From positions 23,808,001 through 23,872,000 of the forward strand of contig CATNEN010000001.1 in assembly GCA_950097015.1 (NCBI GenBank): DNA of 64,000 nt, written 5' to 3'. Shown here one piece after another: positions 24,715 through 36,400 of the stretch; within the stretch, counting starts at the first letter, position 1; each line of letters begins with the position of its first letter. A model generated the notes under the pieces. The model did no database searches and was not told the origin of the DNA. It worked only from the letters and a program-made list of their open reading frames with translations. The translations under genes were made by a program, and so were the position numbers. This stretch comes from Macrostomum hystrix. Its lineage: Eukaryota > Animalia > Platyhelminthes.

Positions 24715-27700
24715 TCAAATAGTGCCGTAGATCTTCATCTCTGGCTCAAGGTCTTCAGCACTGGTCTTCTTAACATCGACCGGACCGAGCGGTGTGACCT
24801 CAGTGTCTGTCTTGATTATCTCGAACCATTGCATAAAGTCTTCGCCAAGACATCCAGCCAGCCAGTCGTCCGACTTCAACGCGGCCAGCGCCTCCGCCAA
24901 GGTGTGCGGCAGCTCGATGGAGGTGTCCACCTGGTCCAGCCGGAGGTCGCGCCGAATGCCGTCCAAGCCGGCGAAGAGTGTGGCTGCCAGCGCCAGGTAA
25001 GGGTTGCAGGCGCTGCTCACAATGCGACTCTCTACTCGGCTTGTCTCCTTGCGTCTCGTCTGCAATCGGAAGGTCGCCAGTCGGTTGTCAACACCGAAGT
25101 CAGACTTGGCCGGTGCCCAGGGCGAGTGCAGCCGTCGGTAGCAGTTGACCGTTGGCGAGCTGAGAGCAGTCAGTGCGCGAGCGTGGACCAGCAGTCCGGA
25201 CAGGAACTGCTCGCCGGTCGGAGGCAGTTTGTCGTCGTTTCCAGTCGAAGAATGGAAGATATTCGTACTCGTTCTCGAGTCAGATGTCCCCGTCCACAGG
25301 GACAGGTTTAAGTGCCACCCGTTGCCCGTCTGACCGGCAAGCCGCTTGGTCATGAATGACGCCTCGAAGCCGTGCCTTCGAGCCGTCTCCTTAGCGATGA
25401 GCTTGAACAGAAAGCCGTGGTCGGCTGACACAATGCCCCACTGAGGCACCAGGTTGACTTCGACCTGGCCGGAGCCGTACTCGCTGTGCATGACCTCGAT
25501 CTCGAGACCGGCAGCTCGACACGTGCGGTCCAGGTCGGTGAGGAACGGCTCGACGCTGCTGAAGACAAACGCGTTGCCGAACTCAGCCGGCCTCCACGCC
25601 GGCTGTCCGTCCTTGACGCTGAAGAGGCGAAACTCGATTTCGTAGGTGGCGAGCACATTTAGGCCGACTTCCGTCATCAGCTTGATGGCTCGCTGACAGA
25701 TGTAGCGGGTGTCAGTTGGATACGGCTTGCCAGAGTCCGCTAGAAACATGTTACAGATCACCTGAGGAAATCAAAGGACAGTATTGAAAGAAGAAATTAA
25801 GAAGAAGAAGCGCAACATTGCTGTTCAAGACGCTTAAAATTGAAAATAAGAAGGGCATTAGGGCTGTTCAAGACGCTTAAAATTGAAAATAAGAAGGGCA
25901 TTAGGACTGTTCAAGACGCTTAAAATTGAAAATAAGAAGGGCATTAGGACTGTTCAAGACGCTTGAAATTGAAAACAAGAAGGGCATTAGGGCTGTTCAA
26001 GACGCTTAAAATTGAAAATAAGAAGGGCATTAGGACTGTTCAAGACGCTTAAAATTGAAAATAAGAAGGGCATTGGGACTGTTCAAGACGCTTAAAATTG
26101 AAAATAAGAAGGGCATTAGGACTGTTCAAGACGCTTAAAATTGAAAATAAGAAGGGCATTAGGACTGTTCAAGACGCAAAAAATTGAAAATAAGAAGGGC
26201 ATTAGGACTGTTCAAGACGCTTAAAATTGAAAATAAGAAGGGCATTAGGGCTGTTCAAGACGCTTAAAATTGAAAACAAGAAGGGCATTAGGGCTGTTCA
26301 AGACGCTTAAAATTGAAAATAAGAAGGGCATTAGGACTGTTAAAGACGCTTAAAATTGAAAATAAGAAGGGCATTAGGGCTGTTCAAGACGCTTGAAATT
26401 GAAAATAAGAAGGGCATTGGGACTGTTCAAGACGCTTAAAATTGAAAATAAGAAGGGCATTAGGACTGTTCAAGACGCTTAAAATTGAAAATAAGAAGGG
26501 CATTAGGACTGTTCGAGACGCTTAAAATTGAAAATAAGAAGGGCATTGGGACTGTTCAAGACGCTTAAAATTGAAAATAAGAAGGGCATTGGGGCTGTTC
26601 AAGACGCTTAAAATTGAAAATAAGAAGGGCATTAGGGCTGTTCAAGACGCTTAAAATTGAAAATAAGAAGGGCATTAGGACTGTTCAAGACGCTTAAAAT
26701 TGAAAATAAGAAGGGCATTAGGACTGTTCAAGACGCTTAAAATTGAAAATAAGAAGGGCATTAGGACTGTTCGAGACGCTTAAAATTGAAAATAAGAAGG
26801 GCATTAGGGCTGTTCAAGACGCTTAAAATTGAAAATAAGAAGGGCATTAGGACTGTTCAAGACGCTTAAAATTGAAAATAAGAAGGGCATTAGGATGATT
26901 TGAAGAGACAATTCGAACCGGTATCAGGACAAATTGCCTCCAAGTTCAAGAAATCCTTGCAACGCATCAGTTATACATTCTTATGTCTGAGGCATTCTGG
27001 TTTAGGGATAACACGATAAGTGACGATAGACATACCGACTTGAACTAAATCGCAAGAAGTTGATCAGAAACGAATTGTGAGCCTGCTAAAGTCGGACATA
27101 AAAATGACTGACGAATGAAAGTGAAGAAAAAAAGCTTAAAGAAATTGGAGAGATTTCAATTAGCAACAGGCAACCACCTAGCATACAACTGCGAAAACTG
27201 ATAATGGGTGTGTCACAAGGAAGAGATATTTTATCCGAGAACTTTCTCCTGTCTGATTATCATTTTCTGAATATCTTGAGTGGCAGATTGAAACGCCAAA
27301 TGTTGCAGAGAATTGTAAAGAACTGAAATAAGCGGTTCGAAATGCAAGCAAATTGCAGAATTGCTAAATTAAGTGGCAATTACAAGCAGTCAGGATTCTG
27401 TAAGATTCTGGGTTGAACCTTACTTGCAGTAAAAGCAGAGTGCCATAATATTGATAAATGAGCCAGCAAAGTTTCTTGCTTCAAAGTGAGAAAACATAAA
27501 GAAAAATTCTACATCTTTTCTCTGCAATCTAACGTTGTTGAGTCGATCATACCACTGCAATGAAACTGTGACGTTGTCACTTGTTGTAGGCACCCCTGCG
27601 AATTTACTCTACGTGTTGATTTACATGCTTAAGTTGCGAATGTACAAACTTGGGCCGTTTTAACTCATATCGTGTAATTTCATCCACTTCTGCTGTTTCA

Positions 27701-29656
27701 TATAATTAATTCAAATGGTTAGGGCACTACTGTAAGTAACCGTTAACGCACATCGCGCCAGTCTAGTTTATTTCCTACGCGCGGTTCAATGTATTTTCCC
27801 CCAGCCAATGAGCGTGCGAGCTCTGTCTGGCCAGAGTTATCGATCGCCCTGTTCTTTAGACTGGCAAGTTTATTTAACTAAGGGCTTTAGGCCCGCTCGC
27901 GCCCCACTTGTTCTTATTCCCCCTCCTTTCCCCCCTACTGTTCCTGTTCCTCCTCCTGCTCCTGCACCTGTCCCTTAATTAACTATATTGCTTGTCGCGT
28001 GTCCCAGTGGTTGTCGTAATAATAATAAATAAGAAATTAAGAGTGCTACCGCTACACTATACTACACTGATTACTAAACTACAATTGGATTGAGAGTACG
28101 CCGAATCTACCTGTCAATTTATTTCGTCACAAAACCTTTAAAAAGTTGCTTGACATGCTGCACGAAAGCAGAAGTAGAGAACGAAATTCATTTTCTTTTG
28201 TTAATGCACCTGGAATAGAAAATATTCTGACAGCTGAAATTTTCAACATTGTTTTTAACTTGTAATTATTAGGTACATCAGACAGACAAGGTCCTCTGCT
28301 TGATGCTTCAAATTGGGTTTTTTTGGAGACAAGTTGCGAAATTTATTCACCCCGATCCCATATCACACCGTACAGGTTGGTGCATAAGCTCCAATTCTTG
28401 TTCTTTGATCTCGTCTCGTTCGCATTAATTACAAAGTTAAGACTGAATTAAGGACAGTTAAACAAATTTTGAATAAAAACATCGATTTCACTCAAAACAT
28501 ACTTTGAGTAACCCAAAAAGCGAAATTGCCTCGATGACATGTTTTTAGCATTCCAAGCATTGCCAACTCCATTTAAACATTTTGAAAGTAGCAATTGTGC
28601 TTGAGCCATGCGAATATTCAACAGTAAATGTCTCAGCATTGTGGCATTTCATTTAGCCGCTTTCCAGTAGCTAGAGATGGCATTTTTCAGACATTGTGCT
28701 TGCAGTCTGAAAAGAAGGCTAGAGCATTAACGGACAATGGCTACTCTTGCTTATTCTAGGAGAACAGTGAATTAAAAGATAAAAGTGAATATAAAAGGAA
28801 GAAGTGAAGAAGGAAAGCTTGAGACTGGAACCGATTGGCCTCGTGAAGAAAGGGTCATTCGGTCCTACCCACTGAGCTCAAATTATCTTGTCATGCTGCG
28901 AAAACCTTTTATGGTTGAGAAAAACTGCCGTAGACTAAAAGATGAATAAAATAGGCGAGTAGCACGTGGTCATTGAAAGTGCATGCGAGCCTCTGTGGTG
29001 ACAAGGTTTGTCTGCGTGCTGTGCTCTAGATGAATAACTGAGTATGCAGCAAAGATCCTTTCCATATGCGGTCAGTATAGTGTTCAGTCAGTCAGTGTAA
29101 TAATCAATAGAGTTCAACTGTACTAATCAGTACAGTGTTCAAGTGTACTAATCAATAGTGTTCATGTGTACTAATCAGTATAGTGTTCAGGTGTACTAAT
29201 CAGTATAGTGTTCAGGTTTACTAATCAGTATAGTGCTCATGTGTACTGATCAGTACAGTGTTCATGTGTACTAATCAGTTTAGTGCAGTTTTCCGACTCT
29301 GGAGCTTTTTGACTTTTTGCGCAGGAACTTACATAATACTTACAGAAAGGTCAGGAACTTACATCCGCATACAGGGCACCTGACTGGGCAGCATAGCGGT
29401 GCAGGCTGCCCCAGTCGGCCTTCACAATGGCGTTGCCGCATCCGGTATCCGTCAGCATGCGGGTCACGGATGAACCGTTGCAGGCCCTGCCAAGCATCCC
29501 CTGACACATGGCCAGGCCATTGCGTTGAAGTGAGTCAAACGCCACAGGCGTCAAAAGCTTTGAGCGCGCCACACCGTTAATGTCGGGGAACAGAAGCCGC
29601 AGGTATTCAATGCTGTCCAGATTCTTAATCGTCTCTTTCGGGGCCTTTGAGTTCAT
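24715..29656 (-). CDS. Class I glutamine synthetase-like protein (lengsin / gamma-glutamyl-amine ligase family), about 446 aa; exons 29656-29363 and 25761-24715
   Basis: Beta-grasp N-domain YLRLLFPDINGVARSKL; catalytic domain YEIEF, HSEYGSGQVEV, FMTK..GNGWHLNLSL, PTVNCYRR, DNR..FR, RVESR, CNPYL, LPHTLAEAL; GAT|GTAAGT donor and CAG|GTG acceptor, phase 0. Confidence 0.9.
25820..26895. repeat. 43-bp minisatellite (CTGTTCAAGACGCTTAAAATTGAAAATAAGAAGGGCATTAGG(A/G))n, about 25 copies, near the 3' end of the GS-like intron
   Basis: Read directly. Confidence 0.97.
29075..29285. repeat. ~25-bp degenerate minisatellite (GTGTACTAATCAGTATAGTGTTCA)n near the GS-like donor
   Basis: Read directly. Confidence 0.85.
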
Positions 29657-29664
29657 TTTTGATG

Positions 29665-29696
29665 CAGTATGACAGACCGATTTTCATCTTTTATAG
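29665..29696 (-). promoter_or_regulatory. Candidate TATA box and initiator of the GS-like gene
   Basis: Minus-strand CTATAAAA at 29696-29689 and TCATAC Inr-like motif about 25 nt downstream, shortly before the ATG. Confidence 0.4.
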
Positions 29697-30129
29697 TGTA
29701 CACAATGTTCAGACAGTTTTATACACAATCTATAGCGTGTAAATATGGTTGTAAGGCTGCAAAGACACAATAACAGTAATTTGTGCGCGCGCAAGTTTCT
29801 CTACATTTACTAGCCCAACCCGGTATTTTCAAGAGGGCAGGCTACGATTCAAAACAATGGCTGCGTTTTTATTCTCAATGTGTGGGCATGGTGCCATACA
29901 CATTTTCAGAGTCTCAGACTCAAAAGCCAAAGCCATGATGCTAATAAGAATGCAGATATTTTAGATTACCGCAGACGCTTTGTGACGCAAAACTATTTTT
30001 TATCAGCTCAATCGGGCAGTCGGCGACGCAGGCGGGGGAGAGGGGCAGAACGACTACTGCCATGCAGTTCATATGCTCTACTTTCTTTTTAGGAACAACA
30101 ACAAAAGCAACAACAACGATAGCACTTGC

Positions 30130-31130
30130 CATGGAATCTCGCACCAAGACGGATCACGGGCCCAGCAAGCTGTCGGAGTTTCGCCGCACCTTAAAACCAT
30201 CGCCGTGCTGATTGACTGCTCCAGCGCCTTCGACCGCGTCTGGAGGACCCGTCTAATCGCCAGAATGATGGACGAAGGCGTCCCAGCCTGCATGGTCCGG
30301 GCAGGCCACTGCCTCAGCTCCGCCGATTACCGTCACCGCATTGGCGCCAGCTTTTAGTCAATGTGAAGAACCCGTAGACCAGTTCCACATCCTGTCCTGT
30401 CCCGCTATTGACTCGATACGTCGCCAACTCGGAATCGAAAAGATTGATGACCTCGCCAGGGCCGAAATGAGGTGATTCTGAGGTGATTCTGAGGGCGCTC
30501 GGATGGCATCAGCCCGACGAAGACGGGGTGCTTTCTGCTCTCGCAGGACCGTGCCGATCGTCTCCGACAACTTTACCTCTCGCTGTTGGGCCAACAGATC
30601 CCGACCAAACCGGAGCTGAAATTCCTTGGAATTTTGATTGACCGCGGTCTCCTCTTCGACAAGCCAGTCAACTGCGACTTCGTGCCGCTGTTCTCCGGGC
30701 GCTTGCGCACCGTGAATGGGGCTGGGACCGAGCTCTCCTGCTTCGTGTCTACAAGGTCCTGATTGAATCTGTCATCTGGCACGCAGCTGCCGCCTGGACA
30801 CCCTGCATGGCTATCAGCAACTCGTTTATTAATCGCTCCGCATCGTCACCGGGCTTCCCATCGAGGCAATCCACATCGAAACCCGCGTCTCGCCCATCAG
30901 CTCTGAAGCTCAACTCTCCGCCGCCCCGCCGAAGACCCGTTCCGCTACCTCGATGTTCGCCTTGCTGCCAACAAAGGCCTTCGCGAGCAGGCTCGTGCCA
31001 TCTGTGACAGCATGATTCCGGCACCGAGACGCCTATTCCATGGTGCCCGCCTCCCACCCTGGGAGTCGCTTCTCGATTCGGGGATCGAGCTCTTCCTCTC
31101 GATTCCTGGTACCCGTGAAGAAGCTGACTA
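30130..31130 (+). mobile_element. Decayed non-LTR retrotransposon (LINE) reverse transcriptase fragment
   Basis: KTIAVLIDCSSAFDRVW..LIARM..GVP, then LKFLGILIDRGLLF (~30615-30660) and LLRVYKVLIESVIWHAAAAWTP (~30735-30805) in different frames, with stops and deletions. Confidence 0.8.
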
Positions 31131-31860
31131 CGCTATGAACCGCGCTATCTGCCTGCGCTGCCCCTCGAACAACTCTCTGAATTCTCAAGCTACTCTATAA
31201 ATGCGAGAGCACTAAGTTGGACGGGATGAAGCTAAGCCACGCACAGGGTAGAGTTTGGGGGGGCCAAACTCACAGGGTAGAGGGGCGAAAGAGAAAGAGA
31301 ATGGGGGAGGCTAGCCAATCAGAAGCCTCCGTGGCGATAGACTTGATTGGACTAGCCCCCACAGCGAAAACAACCATCGGGGGGCAGCCAATGGGCGAGC
31401 GACAACAAGAAACAGAAGGGTTGGCTGAAACGGAGCCGGGCAGAACCGGATCGCCCAGATGGCTGGGGCGAAGGCTTAGAGAAAGCTGGGGCCGGTGCAA
31501 GGGCATTGTGAGTCGCAGCTCACAACACAAATATAGTTACAAACACTGCTTATATCATTATCATAGGTTCTATTGATAAAAATAGCTTTCACAGTGATGA
31601 CAAGGACTACTAGATTAGATATAACGAATTTTTCCTAGTGGTCCTTTATTGGATCTGTGACGTTGTATTTTATCGAGAATATTTTAGCTTAAATCAAATA
31701 GCTTTTCTTCACTACTTATAGTAACACATCATTTACATAAGTCTGCCTGTCATTGTGTAAAATCATTTGTTTTATTTTATAACGCTTCACTAAAACCGAA
31801 ACGCAGTGCATGCATCTAATATTCGCATCGCATGCTCGAGTCAGCAATGCCTGATATAGC

Positions 31861-33096
31861 TCACTCATCCCAAGTGTAGAACTCAGTCGTTTGGATAGGA
31901 ATGTCCGAGCTTGCGCGAAACTCAAACTCCTCACTTACTGAGGATTTGTCTGCATAAATTCTGTTATCAAGGTAGGACTCGTGTGTTCCTATCCAAAATT
32001 TACCTGATGTCACAGAACTTCGAGTAGTGGCCATGATGACAATAACTACTAGCAGAATGGCTATTGTTGCGGAGCAGATGGACACCACAATCTTGCTCGG
32101 CAGATTAAACATTGTGTTGCAGATTTCTCGGCACTCCTCCTCTGTAAGCTCCTTGTGTGGTGTGGAGGCTGTTCCCGACGTGTTCTCAGGAGTTGACGGC
32201 ATAGTTGTGGTTGAGTCTATTCCCGACGTGTTCTCAGGAGTTGACGGCATAGTTGTGGTTGAGTATTTTCCCGAGCTGTTCTCAGGAGTTGACGGCATAG
32301 CTGTGGTTGAATCTATTCCCGAGCTGTTCTCAGGAGTTGACGGCATAGCTGTGGTTGAGTCTATTCCCGAGCTGTTCTCAGGAGTTGACGGCATACGAGT
32401 AGTTGTGGTTGAGTCTGTTCCCGAGCTGTTCTCAGGAGTTGATGGCATAGCTGTGGTTGAGTCTATTCCCGAGCTGTTCTCATGAGTTGACGGCATAGTT
32501 GTAGTTGAGTCTTTTCCCGAGCTGTTCTCAGGAGTTGACGGCATAGTTGTGGTTGAGTCTATTCCCGAGCTGTTCTCAAGAGTTGATGCCATAGTAGTGG
32601 ACGAGATCACTGTCGATATGTCTTCATTAGTCGTGGACATTCTAGTGGATGAGATGGCTGAGGACGTGCCATCAGCAGTTGTCGGCACGATAGTGGACGA
32701 AACTGCAAGCGATGTGTCTTCATAAGCTGAAGGCAAAATAGTGGATAAGATTGTTGCCGAGGTGTACACTTTCGATGAAAGCGTCGTAGTGGACGATACA
32801 ATATTTGAGGTGTCCTCTTGCGTTGGCTGTATTGTCGAGGAAGATGCCATTGTTGAGGTGTCCTCCTCCGTTGGCAGCATTGTGGTTTGCGACGCAGCTG
32901 ATTGCATTGATCGTAGCCTCGAGTCCTGGTCACTGACTGAGGAAAATTGCTGCTTTGACGCAGATGCCCTTTTAGCGATGTCCACTCTTTCAACCTCGTT
33001 GGTTTTTGACGTCAGTGCATCCTGGCCAGCGCTGAGTACATGTACAATAAGGCATAAAATTGGAAGGAAGGTCGACACAAACGTTTTCAGCTCCAT
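31861..33096 (-). CDS. Intronless mucin/proteoglycan-like type I membrane protein, 411 aa
   Basis: Signal peptide MELKTFVSTFLPILCLIVHVLSAG, S/T-rich ectodomain with about 9 16-aa repeats (48-bp unit; TTTMPSTPENSSGIDS) carrying N-x-S sequons, TM segment IVVSICSATIAILLVVIVIMA, cytoplasmic tail. Confidence 0.75.
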   Translation of the reverse strand: MELKTFVSTFLPILCLIVHVLSAGQDALTSKTNEVERVDIAKRASASKQQFSSVSDQDSRLRSMQSAASQTTMLPTEEDTSTMASSSTIQPTQEDTSNIVSSTTTLSSKVYTSATILSTILPSAYEDTSLAVSSTIVPTTADGTSSAISSTRMSTTNEDISTVISSTTMASTLENSSGIDSTTTMPSTPENSSGKDSTTTMPSTHENSSGIDSTTAMPSTPENSSGTDSTTTTRMPSTPENSSGIDSTTAMPSTPENSSGIDSTTAMPSTPENSSGKYSTTTMPSTPENTSGIDSTTTMPSTPENTSGTASTPHKELTEEECREICNTMFNLPSKIVVSICSATIAILLVVIVIMATTRSSVTSGKFWIGTHESYLDNRIYADKSSVSEEFEFRASSDIPIQTTEFYTWDE

Positions 33097-33409
33097 TTCT
33101 TGAAGGTTTTCTGAACCTGATTTCCGAGTAGACGAGTGGAATTAGTCCACTTTGAGTAGTTCTCGGTATCGCAGTTTAAAAACCCCATTCGACTAACAAG
33201 GATAGACATGATGTGTTCACCTCATTCTGTCCGCCGGACCATCTTGTCCTTATCAGCGCATTATTATCCGCGGGACCAAGCACTCAGTAGACAATTAGTA
33301 GACTACCTGCTGGAATTATTTTCTGATCTAAAACGGTGTTCATGTAATAATTATTATAGCAGCTTGTGTGCACAGCTTTAGTGCACAATTTGTGTCTGCC
33401 GTGGACCCA

Positions 33410-33465
33410 ACATTCCGCTGACTCCTGATCACACACGCGCACAGATACCGAACACACACACAGCT
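33410..33465 (-). mobile_element. SINE family A distal fragment
   Basis: ATTCCGCTGACTCCTGA.CACACAC matches 9683-9706 and 13095-13112. Confidence 0.5.
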
Positions 33466-36400
33466 AGGTATACTCTTACGTATAATTTATGCTCTAATCA
33501 GGTATGGAATTGCGCTAAATATAAAAGCTAATCAACTCATGATTTCGTGTTTATATATTTTTGTTAAAAAATGCTTAGGCAGAGCTATGCGGTTTCTTTA
33601 GAAAAATGTGTCCATCGGCACGATAGAAAATATGTGGTATTTAAGTACGGCCTGTACTTTTAAACACACAGACGTTTGGTAGTAAGGGTTGCAGGAGATC
33701 TCTCTGCATGAATGCTCCCACAATCGTTCCTCTTACTGTTGTACTTCTTTTTGCAAGCGTCAGTAGAGCCCAAGTCAGGGAGCGGGTTCGCCTTAGGGAG
33801 GGGAACGCATAAAGGTGAAGCATGTCGAAGATGCCAGACAAATAGAGGCTACACAGATTGGGCTGAAAAAAGTGCATGTAAGCGGTGCTGATCCTGCATC
33901 TAGATCGGCAACTGATGCCGCGTTCAGCAGCTCTAGTCCTGACTGGCTGCAGCCGCTGCACTTGGCGCTAGCTGCTGCAGACGCAGTAAGAATCACGTGC
34001 GTCAGTACGCAAAACTATGGGAAGGAGGCGCGCTCGCACAAGCTGAAGGGGAAAGCCGTGCAGATGATGGTAGTGAACAAAACTTTCCTTCGAGCACAGT
34101 TGTTACCCACCACGACCACGTCAGTACTTAAGTGCAATTATATGGGAAACCATTGCCGTTCAAAGGCGCCTCTCTCTGGAATGACTGTCGCAGCCCAACA
34201 AGTTCCTTATATAGGAGTGAAAGCTATGCTGTGCGAATAAATTAAGCCTAATCTAATGTACTAATCCCTAATGACTTCAGTATGCTCTTTAGGGTATAGC
34301 AATTGAGGTCAAAAATATTATATACAGACAGTAAACAAACGATATTCAGTTTCTTGTGTCAGAATTAATTGATGACATGACTGGATTCACAATTAAGTCT
34401 ATAAAGCTGTTGATATACACAATTGGCGCATTATTTGGCAGTTTTTTTATTTCCAAAGATTCCGCATTGAAGAATTTTGTTTAGTAAGGTATGCTGTAAC
34501 TGTTAGTGAGTTTGTTTAACACTCAGCCGAATATCAAAGCGCTGACTCTCGCTTGCTTGCGGGTCTACTGTCACCAAATGGCATGCGTGCTTGCATTACG
34601 AGGGTATCATGCATTATTGTCATGTGCCAGTGCCCACAGAAATGACATCAGTGCGAATTTTGTTCGCACTCTCAGAGTTCGAGAGTGCGACTCTCGGCTT
34701 GTTGAGTGCATCTTATTAACAATCCCAGACATTGGTCAAAAGTTTTATTGACAGCTCAAATGAATGTCAACAGCGCACTTTAATAATGTATCATTCATTG
34801 TTAAAAAACTGGTGCCTAATTTGCTTGATGCTTTTGCATTCACGATATTTTCGAAATAGTTGCCGAAGTCGCAAAATCTCGCTGACTATTTTTCTACTAG
34901 TCTAGTCTACTAGATAAAAAAATAAACACGGCAGTCATAAAAATTTTATTAAAAGCAAAAATACGCGAAACAATGATCCCAAAACAACTTCGTTTTGCCA
35001 GTCCCTTACACTGTATTTTTTTAACTCCGGCGCACCCTACGTCAAACAAACCTGACCAATCGAATGCTGTTCGCTTAGAGCCAATCATAAGCCACAGAGT
35101 TTTTTGTTTCTGAGTTAAGAATGTGACGGATGAAGATTTGCCATCATGCAGAACTTTTCTTAACCGCCTCTCGGAGAAAGTAGACATCCTAAAGTCTTTA
35201 GCCTTAATTTTACGGACCAATAAGCTTAAATAATACATCTCTATAGCGACAAGTGTAGACAAGTGAGCAAATTTCTGTTTTACAATGATATGTCGACAAA
35301 TTATCATCGTAATATACGACCCTTTTCAGTGCGAGAATTCAATATCCATAACATCTTCATTTTTCTAAGTCAGCGCAGTTCCGAAAACTTTTTTCTAATC
35401 AGCTGATTGGGCTGTCAACTTGCGCTATAATAAGTTAAAACGTCAACTGATTAAAATAGTTGTACAACTATAATATAAGTAAAAATGATTCAAAGTAGGC
35501 CTATTGTCCATTTTAAAAAATCGCATATCGTTTTAACTTATGTTATGACTTTAATGTTAATAAATTTATTCTATTCTGTGAATCTGCTGCATATCATCTC
35601 TTTGCCAGCCAGATTTACATTTTACTTGTTAACATTATTAACTTAACAAAGCAAGCTTGATTTGGACTGCCTCTTAATGATTAGTATTAGAGCTATATTT
35701 TTGGACTCGATTTCTTAATATTAATATAAATACAAATGATAATATACTAGGCCCTAGTGCTGTGTTCTATTTGAAGTTTCATATTTTCATCTAGCTGTTA
35801 AACCTAGCTTAACTGCCCAGCTTCGAATGTTTCATACTTTCTTGCTAAAATGCTCAAGTGATAATAGACCTACAGTAAGACATATATTTTACCAGAGTTA
35901 ATAAAAACTTCATGATTATTTACTTAGTTGGTTTGATTGATTGTGTATTTTTGCTATAAATGTGTGAATAGCTTTAGCTAAGATGCTAAATAGGCCTAGT
36001 AAATATATTTGGCTATTTTTGACAATAGAATTGTAGTTAGCCTAGCCTAACATTTCTAACAATATTTTTACATCTATGGTAGGCTATGCCTATACTGTTA
36101 TAATAGGGCCTGTCTATTGTCTATCCTAATTTGATTGATAACAGGCCATATTGTGGATGGCTTTATTTGTATGTGGAAAGGAAATATTGTAAACTTTTAA
36201 GTGACACTAACCTGCCATAAATGTATACCAAGTATCCCCTTGACCATTTTTACTATTTCTGACAGTCATCAAAGTACCTAAAATAAGCAATTAGAAAATT
36301 TTAATTTTGCAAACTAAATTTTGGCAAAAATACATTTCAAACAAATTAGCAAACTAATGCCCTTGTTGTTAAGTAAAAATAATTAACTAACCTTAAAAAC

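Noticed and set aside
24607-25645. Plus-strand ORFs over the GS-like exon, and similar antisense ORFs over SPSB, ACOX3 and DUF229
   Set aside because: Shadow ORFs of GC-rich coding exons
24715-29656. Recent bacterial HGT or contamination for the GS-I-like gene
   Set aside because: Has a spliceosomal intron and host-like context, and the lengsin-type family is known in animals; needs a phylogeny
16753-29656. Trans-spliced operon of GS-like and MINDY3
   Set aside because: Same strand and an acceptor just before the MINDY3 ATG, but a 3.5-kb gap; a cis 5' UTR intron explains it equally well
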